The notes under the pieces are model-generated. The model was not told the DNA's origin, did not search any database, and worked only from the letters and a program-made list of their open reading frames with translations. A DNA stretch of 64,000 bases from the human T2T-CHM13v2.0 reference genome, Homo sapiens, in NCBI RefSeq assembly GCF_009914755.1, contig NC_060925.1; one strand, written 5' to 3'. The position numbers and the translations under genes are program-made. Below, in pieces: positions 44,974 to 57,383 of this stretch; position 1 is the stretch's first letter, and every line of letters begins with the position of its first letter.

Positions 44974-45644
44974 AGTTCAAGCTTTTTAAAACTTTTTAGT
45001 CCCAACATAAACCTCATTCTGAGGTACCTTACTCTATTATTGCATCATCAGTGAAGGGAACTGAACTATATATATTTGCTAAAGTTTCATTACCTAAAAA
45101 AGTCTCTGCTATAAATGTATTTAATTATCTTTCTTTAAAAAAACTTTCTCATACAAGCAGGGGAATGGATATGCAAGATAAAGATGGGCACTTTGGTTTT
45201 GTAGTTATTTGGGATTCCAGAACCCACAAGGAAAATTAGCAACCCCATATATAAAATTGTATTTTTTGTTGTCATTAACATTGACTCCTGAGATTTTCAT
45301 TAATACTTTTCTATTTATCTGTTCAGTGGGAACATTACATGTCACTTATTAATTCATGTAAATCTTGACATATTTGTCAATATTTTAAAAGCTTTTTATA
45401 AGGTCATACTAATAATGAATTCTCCAAAGCCTTTGATTGATTCACTTGAGAAAAGAATAATTATTATATAATGTGGATTGTGAATATAATTAAATTTACG
45501 GGAATTATTCTAAAATCAGGGGAGGTCATATCCTCTCAGTGTACCTATTGAAACATTGAAACATATCATCAGATGCTGCAAAGTGCTCTCTCACAAAATG
45601 TGAAATTTTGTCTTTAGATGATTGTCCTTCATTGAAGTTGAATG

Positions 45645-46250
45645 TCATTCATTCCATCAACGTTTATGTATTACAGGCATAATATATGCCAGAAACTCTT
45701 TATCTACTGGGGATGTGATAATGAACAAGACAGACAAAGCTCCGGACCATAGACTCATCATTCTAGACAAGGATCTAAAGCTACTGTTAATGACTAGGCC
45801 TCTTCTGTCCTGACTTTACCCAGGTGATGAATTCCAAATGTTAGAATCTGGCCTACTGCATGCAGTTCCAAGCATAAATTTTACTGCATCCCCCAGTACA
45901 GCCTGTATACGTGACCAGATTTTGGGGTCTCTGTAGGTTTGCCCATTTCTTAAGCATCACTTTCAAACATACACCTTGTGAAAGACTCCCATCTAATATA
46001 AGTATCACTACTTCTGAAAACTCCTCTATGACTTATCTAAAAAGTGGAACATATTTTGTGCTTCCATAGCATTTTGTATATATTCTAATTGTATCTTTTA
46101 TCACATTGCATTGTAAACATCTATGCCTGACACCTCCATTGGACTATAAGCTTCTTGAAAGCAAAGATTACATATTCTTTAATATTTCTAACAAATACCT
46201 CAATACTTAGTACATAGAAGACACTCAAAAATACTTGATGATTAAGTTAA
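45645..46250. mobile_element. Two L2 3' fragments (antisense ~45645-45770; sense ~45980-46250)
   Basis: 'cattcattccatcaacgtttatgt...ctggggatgtgataatgaacaagacagac' and 'ggactataagcttcttgaaagcaaagatt...agaagacactcaaaaatacttgatga'. Confidence 0.65.
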
Positions 46251-49200
46251 TTAATTAATTAGCTAAGCTAAATTTAGAATTAGCTAAGGCCCCATCAGAT
46301 TTTCTATTTAGAAGTTATTAAAATTCTCGGTAAAAGCTATAGTAATAGAACAACAACCTGATGTTTCTTCTTCTCAAGTATATTAATTATATCATGAAAG
46401 TTGATTCTATTCTCCTGAAAAATAGGGCAAATGAGTCAAGTGCTCCAGGCACAGCCCTCTCTTTCTCTCAAGAGAGACTTTGGTGATGATTCTGATGAGA
46501 ATCATCTCTTGTGACAAACATCATTGGTCACACCAACTATTAACATTTGTCCTCTGTTACTATAAACAGTAAACAGACTCCACTGGTTACTGCATCAATC
46601 AATAACTACTCTTCACATTTTTCCACAGTAACTAAAAATCAGAAATACAATAAAATTGCTAAAGGAATTAAAGAACTGGAGGTTTTTTCCCCAAAACTTC
46701 AATATAATAAATATCACTTTGCCAAACCTAATAAATTCATTGCTAAAGCTCAAAAAATTGTAAATAACAAAGGGGACAAATAAAAAGGTTTAAAAATGTA
46801 TGTTTTACTGGATAATCGGGGGTAATAAACTTTAAAAAATAAATAAAATACATGTATTTTTAAATGGACTCAAAAGTATGGTCAAATAGTCCAAAAGATA
46901 GGAAAACAATCTGTAAGTTAATCAAAAGAAACTTCTGATAGAAAGAGCTAGAGTCAAAAATATCAGGCAAATGTGCTTTTCAATATTTCAAAGAACAAGT
47001 AATACACCCATGTAATTTAAAGTGTTTCTTAGCATAGAAAGTGGAGAGTTTAATTTTGAAATGTATATAAGTATTTAAGAATTCAAATACAATTATATAA
47101 TTATTTTATTTATCACAGGGAAATATTAAGTATCAAATAGTAGGGGTTAAAGAAATTATAGCAGTCAAAAGAAGGCCACCCAAACACTAAAAATTAATGC
47201 CATTAAAATATGTAATAACGTGAAAATGTTTACAAAAAATTTAAGTTTTGGAAAGTTACTAAACAACATAAAGAGTACATTGTGTTATACTTTTTAAACA
47301 ATTTTTAACAATCATGTTGAAAGAAATTTGAGTGTGCTTATATATGTGTACAAACTGACAGGCACTGAGGAAAACGATCTATATTCATTTCAAAATATTA
47401 AGTATTATATCTTGGTATTAAAAACAGTATCAGCCTAAAAACATTTCTAAGAAACATAGCACAGCTTTTAAGGTGTTTAACACAGTGCCTCAAATAAAGC
47501 GACCTAAATCTAAATTTATTTTTATTATAAATTACAAAATATTAACTGTCATTGATGTTCATCTCTAAGCTTTTGTCCATTCTAAATTTTCTATAATTAA
47601 TTTATATTTCTTTTGTTGCCAGAATAAAACATTATTCTAATTATTATGAAAAACATTTTTAAAAGTACTCAATTAACAAATACCATAAATATGAAAAAGG
47701 AAACATATCTAGGAAGCAATTATATAATACCGTACTCATCTCTTAGAAAAGTCACTTTTATCTGAGAATCCCTCTCTAAATCCTCTTCTTAGTTTGATTT
47801 TCTTCTTCCTTTTAGGTTTTAGTTATCCTATCAAAGAAAATGGACCATGTTAACAGGAATAGCCCCACCAATAAAATTAAGCCATTACCTTACACTATGT
47901 GAATTATAATCCTATTGGATGCTTTAAAATGTTGGCTTGAGTACTGGCCAATTGGCCATCGGTATGGTTGAGATAAGGGTGAATGTCAAACACTATGCTG
48001 TATGTCCCATGTTTTTAAAATTCTGTGACAGACCTGTAGTTGTCCTCCTTATGAGGGACCTTTTTTTTTTTTTAAGATAATTTATCTTCTGCCTCCTACA
48101 GTGAATACGATTTTATTAATATCTGCCATTTCACTGCAATAACAATCTCATACAAGGCATTAGATAGTTCCAAAACTGATTAAATTTCAAGAAGCAGTGT
48201 CTATACATTAAGCCTGTATCTTTTGTTAATTTGAATGCCTACTATTTTTTAACCCATAAAACTAAAAGTAGTTGTATCAACCTGGAAGGCCAAAGAATCT
48301 CTCTCCTTCTGGAAAATATTTTGAAATTACCTGTACACAGTTCCTCCAGTAGTACTTTTTACAAACATGTATACCGGGAGAAAAGAAAAAAAAATCTATT
48401 CGCTGTTATTTTTCAATTTTATTTTGCTTTTTCATTTTGTTTCCAAATTGAGTTCCAGTGCTAAGATATTTCCTTCTGGTATAACATGAAGATGAAAAAA
48501 ATAGACATTTTCTTGTAAATCAATTTTGAGTACTGTGGATACTTCTCAACTTAATTATTTTATGGAATTGCAACAATTCATGTTTTTCCATCATGAAACA
48601 CATCATCAGCTGGGAGCACTGTAGAAAAGTAGCTTTAGGAGAACCGTTATCAGAGAAATTATAATTTTTCATCACAGTTTTTTTTTTCTGGGAAAAGCAA
48701 AGGCTAATTACCTTGGACTTAGTAGCATTTGGATAATTTCTCAGTTAAAAAAAAAGTGAAAACTCAAGCATTTCTTGTTAAACGGGAACTCAGTGTACAT
48801 GTGTGATATAGTTGAAAAATCAGGATTTATTTTCAGTACGTAGCTACCAGCCTGTAAATTTTCATTGAAAATGTATGGAATAAGATACCAAAAGAAAAAT
48901 ATTTGGTGAACTAAGGAAAGGGGCTTAAGTAAATCATAGACTTACAAAGTTAGAGTGCAATAACTTGGATTTTTAAAGTCACAGTACTACAGAATATCTT
49001 AAATGCTCATGGGAAAATGCTCTTTAAACTCAGACACGGAGATTTTCATTTTAGTTACCCCTATTGCTTTTTCCCACATATTTTCTTCTTTCAGAAGCTT
49101 GAGAAAACAAAAAGGTATGAGATATTATTTTACTTAAGGGAAATGAAAAATACATTTTTAAAAAATTATGTACAGCTGAAATTTACAAATACCCAAGCAA

Positions 49201-49597
49201 TGATGACATATTAGCAACATTTAGGGACCACTACCCAGTCCTGAATGATTCCACAGCAGGGGCAGTCCACTAAGAGCCATCTTTCAAGGGGCTCCCCATC
49301 AATCTACTTTCTTAATATCTTTGGGATTTGGTCCAGTATCACGGAGTGGGGTTATGAACACATGCAATACCAATAAAGTGTAGAAAGGCCATTAGTGATA
49401 ATGCGGCCACAATGGAACACAAATGGAATGCAGAGATTATGAATATATTTAGCAGGCCAAATTCAGAACAGAGCTCAGTTTATCTGCACTTCATCAGTCT
49501 ACCTTCTCTTGCCCTGGGTAATGGACACATTGTTCACCTGTTACTAAGTTTTTCATCAACTTAATTGGTTTTCTTTGCTTCAATATTAAATGTCGCC

Positions 49598-50150
49598 TTT
49601 TTTGAGGTTTATTAAGGTATAATTGATGAATAAAAATTGTATATATTCGAGGTGTACAATATGTTTTGATACACATATACATTGTAAAATGATTGCCACA
49701 ATCAAGCTAATTAATATATCCATTTCACATATTTACCATTTGTGTGTGGTAAGAATACTAAAGATCTACTCTTTTAGGACATTTTAAGTATATATTACTA
49801 TTTACTATAGTCATCATGCTGTACATTAAGCCTTCAGAACACATTTATCTTATAACTAAAGGTTTGTACTCTTTGACCAACATCTCCCTACTTCCCCCTC
49901 CCCTGGCAACCATCATTCCACTCTCTGTTTCTGAGTTTAACTTTTTAGATTCCACATATAAGTGATATCATGCAGTATCTGTCTTTGTATGTCTGGCTTA
50001 TTTGACCTAACATAATGTTCTCCAGCTTTACCTATGTTTTCAAAAATTAACAGGCTCTCTTTCTTTTTAAAGGCTGAATAATATTCCATTGTTTATATGT
50101 GTGTATATATACACACATAGGCATACACACAATCCCTCATTGTACGGATA
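49598..50150 (-). mobile_element. L1MA9-like 3' end
   Basis: 'tttattaaggtataattgatgaataaaaattgtatatattcgaggtgtacaa...ccctggcaaccatcattccactctctgtttctgagtt...tagattccacatataagtgatatcatgcagtat'. Confidence 0.85.
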
Positions 50151-50204
50151 TGTCTAATGTCACCAACTTAGTTGATTTCATTTCCTTCAATATTAAATGT
50201 CTAT

Positions 50205-50385
50205 TTTCCCCAGATTTATTGAGGTATTATTGAGAAGTAAACTTGTGTAAGTTTAATGTATATTATATGATGATTTGGTATACATAGATACTGTGAAATG
50301 ATTACCACAATGAACTTAGTTGATACATCTATCACCAGTCCTAATTACCGTTTTTGGTTTTTTTGTTTTGTTTTGTGATGGAATA
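50205..50385 (-). mobile_element. Second L1MA/L1MB-type 3' tip
   Basis: 'cagatttattgaggtattattgag...gtgaaatgattaccacaatgaacttagttgatacatctatcacc'. Confidence 0.8.
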
Positions 50386-51209
50386 AATGGCTTATTTTTT
50401 TAACATTTTTTTCTATAGTAACTGATTCCCCACTTAAAAAATATTCCAAGCACTGAGATTCAGATGGGTGCCCCATCACCATAATTGTTGCCATTGCCTC
50501 CTAATTTTAGTTTCCGAGCAATTCACTATCTTCATCACGTATGTAAAACAATCTGTCCCCTTACATTCTGATCTTTGAGAAAGTAAGGAAAGAATTGCTG
50601 AGAGAAAATTGAATTGGCTGGCAATTTCATTCTCTCTGCAGAGCTAGAATTATTTGAAACTTGTCATTTTAAAAGTTGTAACTGATGGTAGTATTATCAA
50701 ATGACTACTCCAAAACCAAATAGCCATTACATTAAGTGCCTTAGATTTCCAAGGGTTTCATCATTATGTATATTTGTGGATTTTTACACAGCAAATATAG
50801 AACCCATACATTTCTTTTTAGTCCAGTTTTCCCTGCTCAAATCTTGCACCTGTGCCCACCATATTTTTTTTCCATACTGGATTTTTCCCAGTATTTTTTA
50901 AGAGTACAATGCTCTTTAAACACCTGGCATTATTTTTAGCTTACCTATTATAATAAAATTACGAGGTAGAAACCTTAATATTCTCTTGTTCTTCATTCTA
51001 CTTACACGTTTAGAGGTTATGGCTTAGAATTAGACTCACAGGCAAAAGAGAGATTTTCCACTTTCAGAAAGAAACAGTTTGTGGGGGCTGGAAAGGAGAG
51101 AGAATCGAAGATGACTTTGAGGGCTAGAAAATTTCTAATTGTTGAGCTTGTTAGTGCTACTTGTTCATAGACTAAGATGTTCGGCCAAAATTTTGTTCAT
51201 CTGTCATCT

Positions 51210-51244
51210 ACACACAAACACACACACACACACACACACACACA
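51210..51244. repeat. (CA)n microsatellite
   Basis: Direct read. Confidence 0.95.
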
Positions 51245-52729
51245 AATGGGCTAGGAAGATCTTTGATTATTTTTCATGTACAAATCTATTTCATGGGAGT
51301 ACAACTCCTAAGTTGCAATGTTTACATTGTTATCAGTTCTTCTTCCCCCACCCCAACCCCTTTTCCAACTGGGCGTACAATATGCACTCAACAAACCTAT
51401 AAAAGGTTGATGAAAAATCACATTTTGTAGTCTGCCAAAGGAATGTTTGTATTAAATTGCTTCAGACAGAGAAAGTTTCAATGTGATCAGAACCCAGGAG
51501 ATATAAAAGGAACATAAAGTTTGGGTCATAATGTGAGTTTATAAACCTGCCTTCTACTTAATTTAAATTTTAGTGGCAGTGCGAGAAATTGTTGTTTACC
51601 AGTAACAGTAGGCTCAGGCCAAAAGCTTTCTACTTGCTGCCCTGATAGCCTGCCTCTGTTGGAAAGAGTTAACTACCTTTCATAGATATTTCTTGTAACT
51701 CATCATCTGAGAAAAATAAAACTTGATAATCACACGTAGGCACACACATTACTGTGGTTTACAACTATGAAGCAGCAAGTATAGGACAGGGTAAACTCCA
51801 CTTCATGAACTTTGACTTGTTGTTTTTTGTTTGTTTGCCGTGCTTTGCTTTTTTGTTGCTGGATTAATGCTGACACTCAAATATCTATCTGCCTAGATCT
51901 GGTGTATGAGCTCTAGGAAGAGAATGAATTAAACATCTCTGCTTAAAATTAAAGTTTACCTTATAATTTGGTTTGATTTCACTGAATATGTCTGTGATTT
52001 ATAGTTTCTCATATTGGATAGGACAAATCAAAATTACATTTACAATAAGATGAATCATATTCTTCTTTGATACTGTATCTTCTTGGCTTTTAAAGCATAC
52101 AATTTTCTGTACAAGAGGCTGGAATAGATAAACCCAGCTGCCTCATCTTTGACCATGTCTGTTTGGTGAGTCTTTTAAGAGATGGAAATGACAAGAAAGA
52201 GCTTTGATCAAATCCAGTCAGCTTTAGCATTTATCCCAGAGTCCAATATTATAGAACACTGGCAAACCATCAAGAAAAAAAGTGGGAAAAAGTATTTATT
52301 TTATAATTATTTTCACAGTTAACCATGACTAGTTATACTTCAGACTTTTTGAATATTAAGCTGAAGGTTTATTATTTATTTTGTAAAATAATGTCAGAAC
52401 TACAAATAAAGAGAGATAACATATACAGATACCTGGGAAGAAAACAGTTTAAATATCATGACTTCTATACCTATGTTTTCATTATTTTACAAACAGAAGA
52501 ATTTTCATTGTGAATTCAATTTAGTAAAATGTTTTTCCAAATAATTATTCCAAAGTTAAAATACATGGTAGAAAATGAATAACAGTGGGCTGGTGCCACT
52601 GCAGACAAAAAGGAATATTCCTATGGTATAGTAAGTTAAGAAAACTTGTATTATGATAAAGATACTGCTTTATTAGCAGTAATCATCATTCACATGGTGT
52701 CTGATTTCCCATTTCAATTTGATTTATGT

Positions 52730-54250
52730 TGTATCTTGGAAGGAAACAGAGCTTATCTAGTCCAACCTGTCACTCAGCAAAGCAATCTTTTACAATGGTA
52801 AATTGAATTTCCAGCATCTTATGTACTTTCAATGCAAGTGAATTCATAGCTTGGAAAAGCGTCCAGTCTGCTTTATTTTTTTATTTCTATAGATTTAGGA
52901 GGTACAAGCACAGATTTCTTACTCACATGTTTTCTGTAATGGCCGAGTCTGGGCTTCTAGTGTACCCAACACTCGAATAGTAAACACTGTACCCAATGGG
53001 TAATTTTGCAATCCTCAGCCCACCATAACCCTCCCACCTTTTGTAGTCTTCAGTGTCTATTATTTCACTCTATATGTTCATGTGTATCCTTTGTTTAACT
53101 CCCACTTATAAGTGAGAACATGGGTTACTTGACTTCCTGTTTCTGAGTTATTTGACCTAGAAAAATGGCTTCCAGTTCCATCCATGTTGCTGCAAAGACA
53201 TGATTGCATTATTTTTATGGATGAGTAATATTCTATGGGATATATATATATATCATATCTATCATATTGATTATATATATCATATATATAACATATCATA
53301 TGATATGACATATATATCATATGATATGTTACATATGTCACATTTTCTTTATACATTTGTTGATGGACACAGGTTGATTCCATATCTTTGCTATTGTGAC
53401 TAGTGCTGAAATAAACATACAAGTGCAGGTATCCTTTTGATACAATCATTTCTTTCCCTTATGGTATAGACAGCAGTGGTGACATTACTGGAAGAGCTAC
53501 AATTAACTTGTTGGATTACACACGGCCTCTCCATAACTTCCTTTCAAAAGTCATACATCTACTTGAGTTGCCAAGAATAAATTTTACCCATCTGTTACAT
53601 ATGATCCCTTTAAAAAGCAAAGGCAGTTATCATGTGTCCCCAATACTTTTCTTTCTATAGATAAAATATTCCCATTTTCTTCAAATGTTTATTTAATCTG
53701 CCTTTTAATATAATTTTTATGATGTAATCTGACTAGTGTAGTCAGCCCTACTGTTTTCTGATTTCCTGGGATAATTCCTCCTTTGTTTGAGGTTTTCTAC
53801 TTCTATTAATGCAAGCTATGACCAGATTGTCTTTTTTGGCTTTGATAACTCACTGTTGACAAATATTAAACTCACACTCAGTGAAAGCAACTAAGTACAA
53901 CAACAATGTGGAATACATTTTTTTCTATCCTACATTGACACACAAAATATTTTGAACCAAAGCACAAGACTTTACAATTATCACTGTAGGATTTTCTCAT
54001 TCATTTCAATCCATTCTTTCAGCTTGTTGAGATCACTTTCAGTCTTTACTCTCATATGTTTATCTTCTTGGTGGCATGACACTAGTGTCTGCAACAGCAG
54101 CCTTGGCACAGTACACTGTCCTTGCATTTGACATATATTTGTTATCAAGCTCTTGGAAGCAGAGTTAAAGCAGTTACTAATTCAACCATTTATTTCATCA
54201 ACAAGTTCATACTTCTCTGTAATATTTAGAAAATAATATGGGAGATATTG
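52730..54250 (-). mobile_element. L3/CR1 LINE relic interrupted by L1PB
   Basis: 'ttggaaggaaacagagcttatctagtccaacc' and 'atgatccctttaaaaagcaaaggcagttatcatgtgtcccc...ataaaatattcccattttcttcaa' resemble antisense L3. Confidence 0.5.
52872..53492 (-). mobile_element. L1PB/L1MA1-type 3' end with internal AT-rich microsatellite (53238-53340)
   Basis: 'gggcttctagtgtacccaacactcgaatagtaaacactgtaccc', 'ctcccacttataagtgagaacatg', 'ccagttccatccatgttgctgcaaagacatgatt'. Confidence 0.85.
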
Positions 54251-54397
54251 TTAATCTTTAGCTCCCCTCTAATCTACAAATCTGATATATCAAATGCATT
54301 TAAAAACCAAAGTTTCATTTAAAAATAACCACAATGTTTTTTGGGTTTTTTTTTTTTAACTGTCCCTGAATGATAGTACATAAAAGAACAAGAGTTC

Positions 54398-54473
54398 CCA
54401 ATACAGGCCTCGATACTGTTTATACTCACCCATGTTATTCCTTATATTGGAGGAGTATCTAGACCTGTATTGG
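54398..54473. repeat. Short inverted repeat (20-bp arms, 18/20 match, 36-nt spacer)
   Basis: ccaatacaggcctcgatact (54398-54417) versus agtatctagacctgtattgg (54454-54473). Confidence 0.85.
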
Positions 54474-55137
54474 CACTATTGTTCAAAAAAACTGTGGTTA
54501 CTTTTAAATGAAACTCTGGCTTTTAAATGTATTTGATAGATATATCAGATTTCAGCCACTCTAGAAGTATATAAATACATATATTTTTTATTGTTTGTTC
54601 TTTCTGAAACAAAGTAATATAAAATACCCCACCTATGTCTTCAGTGTTTCATACTTTTCATCATGTAATTAACTTATTCAGATGGTTAAATGCAATTAAA
54701 ACTTGTGAAAAGTTGCCCAACTTTTAATAATCTGGAAATTGTACATTCATGTTATCCCTTATGCTTAAAGACTATCTAGGCTTGTATCGTAACTATTGTT
54801 CTTTTATGTACTATCATTCAGGGATAGTAAAAAAAAAAAAAAAAAATTTTTTTTTTTTAAATACACACACAAGATATAAACTCTATTCTGATTTAATTCC
54901 ACTTCTGTACACTATATGCTTCTAGCTAATTTTCCTTTAAGCCACATTTGAAGTAATATTCTTTTTCTTCTCTGGCTTTGCCTAAAAATTTCAGATTTCA
55001 TAATCTGCATTTAACATACTATTTTATGTATGTGTTACCTTGCATACCTTGATTATGTCACACCATGGATGTGCTACCCATGCATCCTTTCTGTTAATGC
55101 TATAGACAAAAGAGGAGTGGTGAGTGAATATCACCGC

Positions 55138-55482
55138 CAGTTGACCCTCAGTATCCTTGGGAAATTGTTTCCAAAACACACTTCTCCACAACCTCACCAG
55201 TCCCCAACCTCCATCCCTCAACCCCCATAGATAACAAAATCCTCAGATGCACAAGGCCCTTCTGTAAAATGGTGCAGTGTTTGCATAGCACCTATATGTA
55301 TCCTTCTGCATGCTTTAAATCATCTCTAGATTACTTAAAATACCTAATACAATGTAAATGCTGGGTAAAAAGTTGTTATATTGTATATTTCACATTAATT
55401 TTATTGTTTTATTATTTTTATCTTTTTCCTCTTTATTTCAAATATCAGCAAACGTGAAACCTGTACATATGAGGGCCATCTG
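55138..55482 (+). mobile_element. MER2 TcMar-Tigger MITE
   Basis: cagttgaccctcagtatcc...'tttaaatcatctctagattactt...tacctaatacaatgtaaatgct'...gagggccatctg|ta. Confidence 0.9.
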
Positions 55483-56099
55483 TACATTGGACCCCTTTAA
55501 TGTCTGAAGAAGGGACTAAAGTCTTCAAAGTACCCTGAAGTTCCCTTTTTAAATATTTATTTATGTATTTATTTTCAGTGTATACTTTTTATGAAATAAT
55601 AATATACATTATACAAGGGGATTATCAACAGATGATTAATCCAGAGTATAAACCCTAATCCTCTTTCAGAATCTAATTTATTTATAAACAGAATGACAAG
55701 TTGATGGCCTGTAAAACATGGTTCGAAAAATAATAAATGTCTTCGTATCCAAAGATCTTCCTCTTGCCACAAGGCAAATTGCAGCAATCACAGGTAAAGC
55801 GGTCAGAGTGAAGGCCAATAATCACATTCCCTAATGCCATTTTTCTAGTGTTAGCATTATACCAGGGTTTTGAAGAGGGGACAAATCGGTATCTTCCTTC
55901 ATAATCTATAATCTACTTTTTTCTCTCCCTCTTCTTTCTGCCACATCCCTACCATCATCATAATAGCACAGCTAAGCTTTTATACAGTATACTGTAGTGG
56001 TAAAAAGCATTGGAATTATCCACATCTAGACTTCAGTATCAGCTCTGTTGCTTCTGGTTGAGTGTCATCGGGAAAATGTGAAAACTGTTTTTCCTTGAT

Positions 56100-57383
56100 C
56101 TAGTCCAGTTACATAATTTGTGAGGCCCAATAAAAAAAAATGTGGAACTCCTCATTCAAGAAAATAGGAAAAATACTGCCACTAATGTCATTAAAATGTA
56201 AGGCTTTTTCCTTTCTTCTATGGTCTCTCTAGATTTCTCATGGTTTTTTGTTTTGTTTTGTTTTTGAGACGGAGTCTCGCTCTGTCGCCCAGGCCGGAGT
56301 GCAGTGGTGCGATCTCGGCTCAGTGCAACCTCCGCCTCCCGGGTTCACGCCATTCTCCTGCCTCAGCCTCCCGCCACTACGCCCGGATAATTTTTTGTAT
56401 TTTTAGTAGAGACAGGGTTTCACTGTGTTAGCCAGGATGGTCTCGATCTCCTGACCTCGTGATCCGCCCGCCTCAGCCTCCCCAAGTGCTGGGATTACAG
56501 GCGTGAGCCACCACGCCCGGCCTTTATTTGGTATTTAGTGTCATTCTAACTTGTAAAAATCTATAAATACTTAATTATTAGCATGAATTTTACTATTCCT
56601 TTTTATGTTTTATAATGTCAATTTTAAGTGAAAACATGATAGGATTTAACATATGCAGAATCACTGAAATTGCACATTTCATATTTTATAGCTAGTGTAT
56701 ATGTAATATTTTCTTACTAGAATGATATAAACCTAACACAAAACTATCTCAACTGTTTTTATTAAACTTTTTGATGCACGCAAATTCTGCTTACATTGTC
56801 TACCTTCATCGTTCTGATGAGTAAGGAAGAACTGACAGGAAAATAACCTATGGATTGCCCTATCTTTCTCATCACTTCTATGTACTCATATTCAAATGGT
56901 TGGGTAACACAGGGAAATAATATTAGAAAAAGGATATCACAGGGCTCCTTAACCACTGTGTTTAAGACATCATTGCCTTGTTTCTGTGTTTGAAGCAAGT
57001 TCGGGTTTCAACAGAAAATATACCTTGCAAGATTCTTAGTGCACTTACTCAGTCATAGACATAGCACAGTAATCTTGTACTATCTTTGAGTCTTGCTGAA
57101 CTCTCACGCATAAGAGAAAAACACATTCTGCATGCACGGGGCATAACAAGTGGTATATAACAATGAGGAGGCAAAAAAATGACAGCAGATATGCATATTG
57201 TGTATATCTCCTACAATCACACACATCCTCAATTGTTCCAATGCACAACAGAGCACAAGTTCAAAGATAAAACTATTGAGATTGTCCAAACAGCAACAAC
57301 AGAACGTTAAAACCAGCACAGGTGCTTCTGAGTGCAGGGCCCTGTGTAACTATATATACTTCACACCCAGAAAGCCAGCCCTG
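56100..57383 (-). mobile_element. MER45-family hAT-Tip100 DNA transposon (~1 kb without the Alu)
   Basis: Both MER45 ends present: RC 'cagggctggctttctgggtg...acacagggccctgcactcagaag' and 'ttacataatttgtgaggccca'. Confidence 0.75.
56244..56522 (-). mobile_element. Young CpG-rich AluY-type SINE with 24-bp internal deletion
   Basis: 'gggttcacgccattctcc', 'gttagccaggatggtctcgatctcctgacctcgtgatccgcccg'; (TTTTG)n tail. Confidence 0.95.

Noticed and set aside
46483-46560. C/D-box snoRNA (GTGATGA...CTGA)
   Set aside because: CTGA sits immediately after box C, with no terminal box D or closing stem at snoRNA distance.
47885-48035. Minus-strand exon candidate ending in AAG/gtaatg
   Set aside because: Weak acceptor and stop codons in all three frames.
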